From: an uncultured Syntrophaceae bacterium | Lineage (GTDB): Bacteria; Desulfobacterota; SM23-61 | Length of the DNA: 64,000 nucleotides | Assembly: GCA_964484485.1 (NCBI GenBank) | Contig: CAZAGD010000231.1 | Location: forward strand, 4,078-68,077 | Direction of reading: 5' to 3' | Part shown: one piece after another, positions 30,890-39,388 of the stretch | Layout: each line of letters opens with the position of its first letter | Numbering within the stretch: the stretch's first letter is position 1 | The notes under the pieces: generated by a model | What the model was told of the DNA's origin: nothing | Databases searched by the model: none | What the model saw: only the letters and a program-made list of their open reading frames with translations | Position numbers and translations under genes: made by a program

Positions 30890-32203
30890 TTAGAAACTTT
30901 TCCTTGGCTTAGCGCTTTTTTGTCGCCGATGATGAAGATACGGAGCAGCAATGAAACTGAGCCCTTTTTCGGTAAGGGCCCGCGCGGTTAGATTGACCGA
31001 CTCATGTTTATCCAAATAATTTCGTAATAAAGCTGGCATATCTCCCGCAGCTTCAATCTCCTTTTTCTCGCGAAAATAGTCCAAAATATCTGAAGGATGC
31101 TCCCGGCTTTGCTCCACCGTGATCTCGCCCCCCTCGTGTTTAGCGGCTATATTGGCCACATGGTCGGCCAGGGCTAAAAGCTCCGCTCGACGATTATAGG
31201 GCTGGCGGACAATACTTTTCCAGGTTTCCGTAATATGATGTTCAATACGCACCACGTCTTCAAAACCTAAGGACTTCCGCACTTCCGCAATAATCTCAAT
31301 AGTTTCATTGTTTACTGAGTTACTTAAATTGAAGCCCACTAAGGGGCAAGTGCCATCACTGCGCGTGAAAAGTTTAGCGGCCATTAAAGTCCAAAGGGCT
31401 GAATAGGGGTTATCATTGCCCATGTAAACGGAAATCTTGAATTCAATATCAATTCCCAATTTATAAAGCAAGTAGCCCAATAAAACTGTACCCGGATTTA
31501 TATTCAGCACTTGGCGGATTCCGTATTTAGTATAATAATAAAGAAACTCATCGAGCCATTGCAAAGCATGCTCATTGGGCTGCCCAATTCCCCCAAAGTA
31601 TCCGGTAATAGTTTCCGGGCCACCTAAATGCACATTCGACCCGTCCGTCCCTTTGGTATCGAGGGTTTCTACAAAACTGGCCCCCATGACACGCATGGCC
31701 GCGCTAAAAGCAAGAATATCACCTTGATCAGCTTCCTGTTCTTTCATCTTCCGCACCCTAATAAAACGACCGGGCATTAGTTCCTTCTGAGCTATGGCCT
31801 GTTTAGCTTCCTCGATAATCCAAGGAAAATACTGCGCGGCGCTGATTTCTAAGGTGACGGCAAATTTATCTTTGAAGCGCATCCGGGCTACTCGTTCACC
31901 CAAAACCATCCGCCGATATTCCTCCACACTAATAAATGCTCCTTCATCCCTCTTCTCCATGAGCCATTGCACATCGGCATGATAAGCGGGATTTTCTTTG
32001 GCTAAACGGTCCATGAGGCGCTGCAAATTTCCCGCTTCCGCGGCCTGGGCATTGATTTCCTCGGGCGTACCGTATTTAGCTACAACTTCCAGAAAATCAT
32101 TGATCACACGCGACTTTGGATCTAATAAAAGCTGATTGACTGCCTCTAATCTGCTTTGGGCAATGCGCAATCGCTGACGAAGTTCTGCCTTCTTGATTTT
32201 CAT
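30890..32203 (-). CDS. hypothetical protein (437 aa), no recognised family
   Basis: Long intact ORF, SD GGAGG upstream; no clear motif identified. Confidence 0.6.
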   Translation of the reverse strand: MKIKKAELRQRLRIAQSRLEAVNQLLLDPKSRVINDFLEVVAKYGTPEEINAQAAEAGNLQRLMDRLAKENPAYHADVQWLMEKRDEGAFISVEEYRRMVLGERVARMRFKDKFAVTLEISAAQYFPWIIEEAKQAIAQKELMPGRFIRVRKMKEQEADQGDILAFSAAMRVMGASFVETLDTKGTDGSNVHLGGPETITGYFGGIGQPNEHALQWLDEFLYYYTKYGIRQVLNINPGTVLLGYLLYKLGIDIEFKISVYMGNDNPYSALWTLMAAKLFTRSDGTCPLVGFNLSNSVNNETIEIIAEVRKSLGFEDVVRIEHHITETWKSIVRQPYNRRAELLALADHVANIAAKHEGGEITVEQSREHPSDILDYFREKKEIEAAGDMPALLRNYLDKHESVNLTARALTEKGLSFIAAPYLHHRRQKSAKPRKSF

Positions 32204-32435
32204 GAATTTCCTCCTTTTAACAAATCAGCAAATAATTTTTTTCTTCTTACTGCGGTTTATAAGCAAATGCTGGTGGAAAAACATTTGCTTAAAGTTTTAT
32301 AATCCATTGTTCAAAAATTCCCCAGGGAATGTCAAGCAAAAAGTTGGTCAAAGGGTAACTCTTCACTGAAGGTTGGAAGCTTTAACTTTTTAAGCTGGAA
32401 TTTAAAAACTGATCGACGGTCAGTGGTCAAAGCTC

Positions 32436-32464
32436 TTGCTTTTTTCAGTTAGCGGATATAAAAT
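32436..32464 (+). promoter_or_regulatory. Candidate sigma-70 promoter (TTGCTT-17-TAAAAT) for the TPR-protein gene
   Basis: Spacing and hexamers fit; lies 18 nt before ATG 32483, with SD AAGAGGA in between. Confidence 0.35.
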
Positions 32465-32482
32465 TTTTGCCAAAGAGGATTT

Positions 32483-33481
32483 ATGGAAAACAATAATTTG
32501 GCCCCCCGAGAAAAAGATCGCCGCATAGTGGAGCTGGTGCAAAGCTTTCTTTTGGCCATAAAGTCCTTCCGTAACCTATACCAGCAGTATAAAAATAAAT
32601 CCCTTCATTTTGCCGATATGGTCAAGTTTGTGGACGACCGGGGACAAAGCATCCTCTTTCGTCTGAAAGAACTTTCGCGCATTTTATATCGCCAAAATTC
32701 CTCCCATATTTCTGAAAGAGAACAGCTGTTTGATTTATTAATTGGCTCGATTTTTCACCTGGCGATGAAGATGCGGGAAGACCTTTACCAATTAGAATTT
32801 TATGGACCAAAATATTTAGCTTTTTTGGAGAGAAAAAGCCCTACCGCTTCTCAAAAGAAACTAATTGGCCGCTTTGAAGACATTATCTCTTATGCCGAAT
32901 CAGCTTTGCAAAAAGAAATAGAGGAAATAAACCAGTTATTGGAAAACCTCATTGAGCAATTTCCAGAATTTATCTTTTTATATCGAGAAAACGGCTTGCT
33001 TCTCCGTTTCTTATTGGAAGAAACAAATTTAGTGGAAGATGCTTTAGGGAAAAATGCCTTGAGTACTCTATGCAAACATCTTTATGGCCCCGCGGAATTC
33101 AAACCCTACTTCCTCGCCGGCGAATCATATTTCCAAGGGGGTTTTTATCAGAAAGCTCTGCAGGCTTTTGCCAAAGCCTTAGAAAAAAAACCGGGGGACG
33201 AAAATATCCAATTTAAAATTTATCTCTCCCAAGGCATGGATCAATTTTATTCTTTTGCTCCCCAGGCGGCTCTAAAGTCTTTTGAAAAGTGTTTATCCCT
33301 GGCTGGAAAAATTTCTTTCTCCGAAAGCTATAGGAACATGATTAAAAAAGCATGCTTAAAAATCCGGGAAGAATTTCCTGGACGCAGGAAGAACGATCAA
33401 CACCGTGACTTAGTCAAGAAAGCGCAGGATCTTTTGCATAAATTAGATAAAATACCCACTCCGCCACCCCCACCCCTTTAG
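32483..33481 (+). CDS. hypothetical protein with C-terminal TPR-like repeats and poly-Pro end
   Basis: 332 aa; YFQGGFYQKALQAFAKALEKKPGDENI TPR-like; ends TPPPPPL. Confidence 0.6.
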   Translation: MENNNLAPREKDRRIVELVQSFLLAIKSFRNLYQQYKNKSLHFADMVKFVDDRGQSILFRLKELSRILYRQNSSHISEREQLFDLLIGSIFHLAMKMREDLYQLEFYGPKYLAFLERKSPTASQKKLIGRFEDIISYAESALQKEIEEINQLLENLIEQFPEFIFLYRENGLLLRFLLEETNLVEDALGKNALSTLCKHLYGPAEFKPYFLAGESYFQGGFYQKALQAFAKALEKKPGDENIQFKIYLSQGMDQFYSFAPQAALKSFEKCLSLAGKISFSESYRNMIKKACLKIREEFPGRRKNDQHRDLVKKAQDLLHKLDKIPTPPPPPL

Positions 33482-34485
33482 GATCGCCAAGGGTCAATCT
33501 CTTCATCTTGGGCTGGTTTAACAATTAAACAACTCCTTAAGTTTCCCAAATCCGCCCCATAAACTACTTCTACCTGCGGCAGAGCTCGGGCTTTGCTATA
33601 GCGAGCAATTATTGCTGCCGCCAGGTACAAATCTTTTTCCCCAATTTCCCCCCGCACCAAGCCCAAAGGGCCAGGAATTCCTTGCAATTTTAGAATAAGG
33701 TCTCCCTCTTGTCTTAAATTTAATAATTTTTCGTTTTCCCCTTCTCTTCTGCTCACTACTAACCGCGCTCCGGCGGGCAGCCGAAAATGTCTGCCGACCA
33801 TGAGCAAGAGCAAATCATGCTTAGAAATCTCAGCTTGCGTGGCAAAATATCTTTGGAAGCGTTTAGCCAACACTGGATCGGTTAAATAACAACCCCCAGC
33901 TGGCGTGGGAAAATTTTGTATACCCATTTCCGCGGCCAATTCTAATTGCGGTTTACGACTGCGGCCACTTAGGGCCAGCAACTTTTCTCGATCTACTAAA
34001 CCCATTAACTCCGGTCGGGTGGGTTTTAAATTTTTAGCGCATAGGGGGCGGAGCAGAATCCCCTCTGTCCCCGAATCACGCTCCACAATCCGTAAAGCAT
34101 CTCTCCGTTGGGACATGGGGCGTTGACCTAAAACTTCTCCTGATATTAAAAACTCACCGCCTTCAGCTTCCATAATTTTTTTGGCTTGAGAAAAAAGAAA
34201 AATCTTACAGTCGATACAAGGATTAAAATTCTTTCCGAATCCATAGCGGGGGTGACGTAAAATCTGAATAAATTCTTCGCTGACATCAAGGATCCTGGCC
34301 GAAATTCCGTATAAGCAGTGCCATTTTTCCACTTGCTCAGCTTCCCGCCCTTTGTGTTGGTAACCAAAAAAAGGAGTGATAAAATGAAGGCCCACGACTT
34401 CAATGCCCTGATCCATGATTAAACGAGTAGCCAGAATACTATCTAACCCTCCGGAGAGGAGGGAAAAAGCTCTCTTTTTAGACAT
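33478..34485 (-). CDS. PP-loop ATP pyrophosphatase family protein, ThiI-like tRNA sulfurtransferase domain (no THUMP)
   Basis: SGGLDS PP-loop, GEVLGQRPMSQ motif as in ThiI, conserved Cys residues (CIDCK). Confidence 0.6.
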   Translation of the reverse strand: MSKKRAFSLLSGGLDSILATRLIMDQGIEVVGLHFITPFFGYQHKGREAEQVEKWHCLYGISARILDVSEEFIQILRHPRYGFGKNFNPCIDCKIFLFSQAKKIMEAEGGEFLISGEVLGQRPMSQRRDALRIVERDSGTEGILLRPLCAKNLKPTRPELMGLVDREKLLALSGRSRKPQLELAAEMGIQNFPTPAGGCYLTDPVLAKRFQRYFATQAEISKHDLLLLMVGRHFRLPAGARLVVSRREGENEKLLNLRQEGDLILKLQGIPGPLGLVRGEIGEKDLYLAAAIIARYSKARALPQVEVVYGADLGNLRSCLIVKPAQDEEIDPWRS

Positions 34486-34511
34486 TAATCCTTTTCCCAG
34501 AATTTATCCCC

Positions 34512-35159
34512 TTATTCTTCTTTCCATCCGTATTCACCCAAAAGGGGAACAAATACGCAACCGGTGATATCTTCTTCTTGGTAGTTTTTTCCCCGCCGCA
34601 TAACTTTGTAAAGGGTTTGTGTATACCTGGGACCAACGGGAATAACCAAACGGCCACCATCGGCCAGTTGGGCGAGTAGAGTTTGGGGAATTTCCGGGGC
34701 ACCAGCCGTGACTATAATTCCATCAAAAGGAGCCTTTTCCGGCCACCCTTTAGTACCATCTCCTATCTTAAAAAAAATATTTTCATATCCCAGGCTTTGC
34801 AAGGTGCTTTGGGCTCTTTCGAGCAGCGCCGGAATTCTTTCTATGGTGCAGACTTCTTTAGCCAGTTCTGCCAAAATAGCTGTTTGGTAACCCGAGCCTG
34901 TACCAATCTCCAATACCCTCTCTTCCCCCTTCAGTTCCAAAGATTGCGTCATCACGGCCACCATATAGGGCTGTGAAATAGTTTGCCCTTCCCCGATAGG
35001 TAAGGGGCGGTCTTCATAAGCTGCCCCCCGGTGGGCTTCGGGAACGAAGGTATGCCGGGGAACCTTACTCATCGCCTCCAGAACTCGACCATCGCGAATC
35101 CCTCGCCGTTTTAACTGTTCTTCCACCATGGCCAATCGTTCTTTTGCAAAATCGCGCAT
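34512..35159 (-). CDS. pcm: Protein-L-isoaspartate O-methyltransferase
   Basis: [21 protein letters not shown]-binding motif and overall PIMT similarity. Confidence 0.85.
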   Translation of the reverse strand: MRDFAKERLAMVEEQLKRRGIRDGRVLEAMSKVPRHTFVPEAHRGAAYEDRPLPIGEGQTISQPYMVAVMTQSLELKGEERVLEIGTGSGYQTAILAELAKEVCTIERIPALLERAQSTLQSLGYENIFFKIGDGTKGWPEKAPFDGIIVTAGAPEIPQTLLAQLADGGRLVIPVGPRYTQTLYKVMRRGKNYQEEDITGCVFVPLLGEYGWKEE

Positions 35160-35229
35160 GGTTGCTTGTCAAAAGTAGGGAGGCCTCTCTTCCGCTAAAG
35201 ACTAATTAGCCCACTCTAAATTCCCTAAC

Positions 35230-36438
35230 TTAGGCGCCAAACTTAGTTAATCTGCGCGCATGGGCCAAGGCCAAAGGCATGAGGTGCAAAGAAGATAGCT
35301 TCCCCAAGGCCCCGCGCAGACAATTTATCTCGTCAAATTTTTTAACCTCATCAACCAACGCCCAGGGAGAATGTAATAAAACAGGCACAGGATGCCAGCT
35401 GTGACTACGCAATTTGGCGGGAGTAGCATGGTCTCCAGTAACCACTAAAACATCGGGGTTAAGAGCCCGGACACGCGGAATAAATTGATCCACCTCTTCG
35501 ATCACGGCTACTTTGCCATTAAAGTCACCATCTTCTCCCCGCGAATCTGTTTCTTTAATGTGCAAGAAAAAAAAGTCATAATCAGCAAAATTCTCTTCCA
35601 GAGCTTTGAACTCTTCTTCATGACTGCGGACATTTTCCAAAACACTCATGCCCACCAAACGACTTATTCCCCGATACATTGGATATACAGCGACGGCCAA
35701 AGCCTGCAAACCGTACCTTTCTTTAAAAGAAGGGTACTGCGTATGCTTGGCAAATCCCCGCAAGAGGATCATGTTGGCCTTTGACTCCTCCGCCAATATT
35801 TGCCGGCTTTGGCGCACTATTTCTTTAACTAAAGATGCCGTCCTCTCCGCGGCCGGAATTAGAGCCTTAGGTTCTAAAGGGGCCACGCCCTCTCTTTCCG
35901 GATCCGTATCTTCAATTTCTCCCTGCAACCCTTCTCCGCGCAAAATTAACACGGCCCGGTGTTCTTTGACCGGGGCTAAAATGATTTCTACCTCCTCGGG
36001 TAAACGCAAACTGTCTTGCAATTTTTGGCAAATGCGGGCGTTTATTTCTGTAGAAATTCTTCCTGCCCTTCGGTCTACGACTTTGCCCTCTTTATCCACT
36101 GTAGCAAAATTCACCCGGGCCACCACATCCTTTTCAGTAAGGGGAAAATCTATTCCCGTGGCTTCTAAAATCCCTCGGCCGATATTATATTGAATGGGAT
36201 CATAGCCAAATAAGGCAAAATGAGCTGGCCCACTCCCGGGGGTAATTCCAGGAGAAACAGGCTCCAGCAGGCCACAAGACGAATCAGCAGCCAATTGATC
36301 AAGATTGGGCTTATGCGCTACCTGCAACTCCGTACCTCCGCCTGGTTGCATCTGGATACCTCCCAACCCGTCCAGAATAATAAAAACAATCTTCGAAGAA
36401 GCCGGCACCACCAAATCGGTGATCAGGTGAGGATGCAT
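35230..36438 (-). CDS. apgM: Cofactor-independent phosphoglycerate mutase, archaeal type (ApgM family)
   Basis: IILDGLGG and VVTGDHATP motifs, 402 aa. Confidence 0.8.
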   Translation of the reverse strand: MHPHLITDLVVPASSKIVFIILDGLGGIQMQPGGGTELQVAHKPNLDQLAADSSCGLLEPVSPGITPGSGPAHFALFGYDPIQYNIGRGILEATGIDFPLTEKDVVARVNFATVDKEGKVVDRRAGRISTEINARICQKLQDSLRLPEEVEIILAPVKEHRAVLILRGEGLQGEIEDTDPEREGVAPLEPKALIPAAERTASLVKEIVRQSRQILAEESKANMILLRGFAKHTQYPSFKERYGLQALAVAVYPMYRGISRLVGMSVLENVRSHEEEFKALEENFADYDFFFLHIKETDSRGEDGDFNGKVAVIEEVDQFIPRVRALNPDVLVVTGDHATPAKLRSHSWHPVPVLLHSPWALVDEVKKFDEINCLRGALGKLSSLHLMPLALAHARRLTKFGA

Positions 36439-36572
36439 ATTTTTCCTCCTCGGGATTTTGATCTCTTAAAGAATATAAACTACCACTACGATATAGGAGA
36501 AATTAAATTAGTCCTTTCCCCCGGCAGAATTTAAATTCCCCTAATTCTCCTCTTTTGCTTAGCCCGCTCTTT

Positions 36573-36695
36573 TTACTCTTTGGCTGCTTCCGTCATTTGG
36601 GCAGCAGCTAAAGCTTTTCTTCTCTCTTTACGCCTTTTCGCCCGCAAACGAATCCAGTGTCTTTTCCGTTTGTGTTTACTTTTGGAAGTGGCCAA
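36573..36695 (-). CDS. Candidate 40-aa highly basic mini-protein (TTG start)
   Basis: MATSKSKHKRKRHWIRLRAKRRKERRKALAAAQMTEAAKE; strong SD AAGGGGGAA 5-7 nt upstream of TTG; bounded by in-frame stops; not in the ORF table (under 60 aa). Confidence 0.35.
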   Translation of the reverse strand: MATSKSKHKRKRHWIRLRAKRRKERRKALAAAQMTEAAKE

Positions 36696-36778
36696 AAATT
36701 TCCCCCTTTCTATGCTTTTTAAGATAGAATATAGAAAAATTTACTTTTTATCAACACCCAAAAAGGGAAACCATCTTT

Positions 36779-37951
36779 ATGGGGCGTTTAGTAATTTCAG
36801 CCAAGGGGCTGGCCTGGTTACGCAAAGGACACCCCTGGGTTTATCGGGATGATTTGGAAAAAATAGAGGACGCCTCTCCCGGAAATATTGCAATTCTGGA
36901 AGATAAAAAAGGGCGATTTTTAGCGCAAGGGTTTTATAGTGCTCAATCTAAGATTGCCTTTCGGTTGATCACCTACAGTGCCGAACAGATTAATGCCCAA
37001 TTTTGGAAAAGAAGGATCCAAGAGGCTTATCTATTTCGAAAAGAAAGGGGTGTATTAGAACAAACTAATGCTTACCGGCTAATTTATGGCGAAGCCGATG
37101 GTATCCCTTCTTTAATTGTTGATCGTTATGATAATCATTTTGTCTTGCAGACCCTGAGTTTGGCGGCAGATAATTTATTAGCTATTTTTACCCAGGCTCT
37201 GCACGATTTATTCTCTCCTGCTTCGATCACCCTTAGAAATGACTTGCATGTGCGCGCTTTAGAAGGATTACCCTTGGAGAAAAGAGTTCTGTGGGGGAAT
37301 TTGCCCGCGCGCGTAAAAATCTTTGAAGGAAAGCTTGCTTTTTGGGTTGATTTATATCAAGGGCAGAAAACAGGAGCTTTTCTGGACCAAAGAGAGAACC
37401 GCCTGCTGGCTGCGCAGCTTCTCCAGGGAAATATTCTGGATGCTTTTTGTTACCAAGGATGGTTTGCTCTCCAAGTAGCCAAAAATTCGACGCAGGTTAT
37501 AGGCGTGGACTCTTCTGCCGAAGCTCTGGAATTAGCCAAAGAAAATGCCCTCCTTAACGGAATAAGCAATGTGGAGTTGGTAAAAGATAATGTTTTTGAT
37601 TTTTTGAAAGTAGCGAAAAAGAAAGAAAAAAATTTTCAAGGGATTATTCTCGATCCACCGGCCTTTGCTAAAAGTAAAGAAGACTTGCCTACAGCTTCGC
37701 GGGGCTATAAAGAAATAAACCTCCGGGCCCTGTACCTTCTCTGCCCCGGAGGAATTCTCGTTACTTCCTCTTGCTCATACAACCTGTTAGAAACGAGGTT
37801 CTTGGAAATCTTGAGAGAATGCGCTCGGGACACCGGAACAACTTTGAAAATCCTTTATAAAACAGGGCAAAGCGCCGATCATCCAGTGCTCTTAAATTTT
37901 CCCGAGAGCAGTTATTTAAAATGCTTTTTCTTAGAAAAAATAAATTTTTAG
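36779..37951 (+). CDS. Class I SAM-dependent rRNA methyltransferase, RlmI/RlmK-like (PUA-like N-domain plus MTase)
   Basis: N-terminal KGHPWVYRDDL PUA-like region, IILDPPAFAKSK motif. Confidence 0.8.
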   Translation: MGRLVISAKGLAWLRKGHPWVYRDDLEKIEDASPGNIAILEDKKGRFLAQGFYSAQSKIAFRLITYSAEQINAQFWKRRIQEAYLFRKERGVLEQTNAYRLIYGEADGIPSLIVDRYDNHFVLQTLSLAADNLLAIFTQALHDLFSPASITLRNDLHVRALEGLPLEKRVLWGNLPARVKIFEGKLAFWVDLYQGQKTGAFLDQRENRLLAAQLLQGNILDAFCYQGWFALQVAKNSTQVIGVDSSAEALELAKENALLNGISNVELVKDNVFDFLKVAKKKEKNFQGIILDPPAFAKSKEDLPTASRGYKEINLRALYLLCPGGILVTSSCSYNLLETRFLEILRECARDTGTTLKILYKTGQSADHPVLLNFPESSYLKCFFLEKINF

Positions 37952-37955
37952 TTTC

Positions 37956-38277
37956 CTCACCCTAACCATCTCCCCACGCCTGAGACTATGTCGCCATGGG
38001 GAGAAAGGGATAGAAGCAGGCCAGAGGCAGGCCAGAGGCAGGCATGAATGAAGAAGCATCGGCGGGAAAAGAAGATGATCAAAATCGACTAACGATTTTC
38101 CGCAAAGGGCTGGCGGATAGTTAAACCGAGCAGCTTGACGAAGCTTCTGAATCCGCCCGTACCTATGGAAGAACCACTGCCTCATGATTCTGAATGAATG
38201 CCTGCCTCTGGCCTGCCTCGAGTCCCTTCACTAAATAATTATGACATAGTCTCGCCTGGAGGGAGGGAAGGGTGAGT
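37956..38277. repeat. Long imperfect inverted-repeat element (roughly 90 bp arms, roughly 140 bp centre); MITE-like or structured RNA
   Basis: Left arm 37956-38052 (CTCACCCT...GAGACTATGTC...CAGGCCAGAGG x2...GGCAT) pairs with right arm 38191-38277 (ATGCCTGCCTCTGGCCTGCC...GACATAGTCTC...AGGGTGAG); inner hairpin AAAATCG-actaa-CGATTTT. Confidence 0.7.
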
Positions 38278-38338
38278 GGAGTAAGTGTAAATATGTTAAT
38301 AAAAAATTTGTTAGATTTGGAAAAGGAGTAAAGAGAAT

Positions 38339-39376
38339 ATGGCTCACCTTTTTTCCCCTTTAGTTTGCCGGGGAATAGAAATTAAAAATCGCCTAGTCTT
38401 CGCCCCCGTAGTGACCAATTTCGGTCTCCGCTCTTCCAAGGCTCTAAATTTTTTTCGGGAACGTGCCCGCGGAGGAGCAGGTCTAATCATCGTTCATGGT
38501 ACGCCTGTAGATTTTTTCTTGAAGGCAGAAGCTGCAGAAATTCTTGTTCCTTTGGTGGCTAAAGTCCATGAAGAAGGCGCCAAAATTGTTATGCAATTGT
38601 GGCATGGAAACGAACTAAACGGTCAGGCCGTAGCCCCTTCTCCTCGATGGAAATACCGCGAAATAACCAAAGGGGAAATTAAAACTGTGATCCAAAAATT
38701 TACTCAAGCCGTGGAAATATGTCAGCAGGCTGGCTTTGATGGAGCTGAAGTCCACGGGGCTCACGGCTATTTCATTAACCAGTTTTTTTCTCCTTTGACG
38801 AACCAACGTCAAGACGAATACGGAGGAACTGTAGAAAAACGTTTACGCCTAGCTAAAGAGTTGATCAAGACTATGCGGCAAGCGGCAGGGGAAAAATTTC
38901 TCCTCCTTTATCGGCATAGCGCCATTGATGGCCTTCCCAGCGGTACTACCATAGAAGATAGTATTCTTTTGGCGCAGACTCTGGAAGCATATGGCTTGGA
39001 TATATTTGATGTCTCCGCTGGTTTTGGGGCCGAGTCAGCCCTTTCTATCCCCGATGCTTCCGCCCCTTTGGCTACCCATGCTCATTTAGCTGCCCAAATT
39101 AAGGCTCATATTTCCATCCCGGTAATTGCCGTGGGCAGAATGCACTCGCCGGAAGTGGCCGAAAAAGTTTTAGCCGCAGGAAAGGCCGATTTAATTGCCT
39201 TAGCCAGGCAACTCTTAGCCGATCCTTATTGGCCAGAAAAAGTGCGGACTAAAAAAGAGAAGGAAATAAATTTTTGTCATTACTGTAACATTTGTACAGA
39301 AGAAATGCGTGCTGGTCGCCCTATCTTCTGCCCGCAAAATCCGCGTTTAGGGAAAGAAGATCAGCCGGGTGATTAA
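38339..39376 (+). CDS. NADH:flavin oxidoreductase, Old Yellow Enzyme family
   Basis: OYE TIM-barrel motifs (HGAHGYFINQFFSP, PVIAVGR). Confidence 0.85.
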   Translation: MAHLFSPLVCRGIEIKNRLVFAPVVTNFGLRSSKALNFFRERARGGAGLIIVHGTPVDFFLKAEAAEILVPLVAKVHEEGAKIVMQLWHGNELNGQAVAPSPRWKYREITKGEIKTVIQKFTQAVEICQQAGFDGAEVHGAHGYFINQFFSPLTNQRQDEYGGTVEKRLRLAKELIKTMRQAAGEKFLLLYRHSAIDGLPSGTTIEDSILLAQTLEAYGLDIFDVSAGFGAESALSIPDASAPLATHAHLAAQIKAHISIPVIAVGRMHSPEVAEKVLAAGKADLIALARQLLADPYWPEKVRTKKEKEINFCHYCNICTEEMRAGRPIFCPQNPRLGKEDQPGD

Positions 39377-39388
39377 AGAAAGGAGATT

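Noticed and set aside
32417-32431. GGTCAGTGGTCAAAG direct heptad repeat resembling a CtsR operator (GGTCAAA-NAN-GGTCAAA)
   Set aside because: The two heptads are adjacent without the 3-nt spacer and the first is degenerate. No ctsR or class III heat-shock gene is nearby, and the organism encodes RpoH and LptD, so it is unlikely to be a CtsR-using Firmicute. It is more likely part of the recurrent TGATCGACGGTCA repeat.
36220-36852. ORFs 36220-36534 (+) and 36580-36852 (+)
   Set aside because: The first is antisense to the apgM 5' end. The second spans the intergenic region and overlaps the start of the rlmI-like gene. The polybasic minus-strand mini-ORF explains this gap better.
37931-38185. 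ORF 37931-38185 (-), 84 aa inside the inverted-repeat element
   Set aside because: Overlaps the rlmI-like gene end and runs through repeat arms. No SD. Arg/Pro-rich translation typical of GC-rich repeat read-through.
37956-38338. Possible Moco (molybdenum-cofactor) riboswitch upstream of the molybdopterin oxidoreductase operon
   Set aside because: The inverted-repeat element lies upstream of the OYE and Mo-enzyme genes. However, I cannot match the conserved Moco RNA motif positions by eye, and the element's long perfect-ish arms look more like a MITE or cruciform than a riboswitch aptamer. Only cmscan with the Rfam Moco model could settle it.
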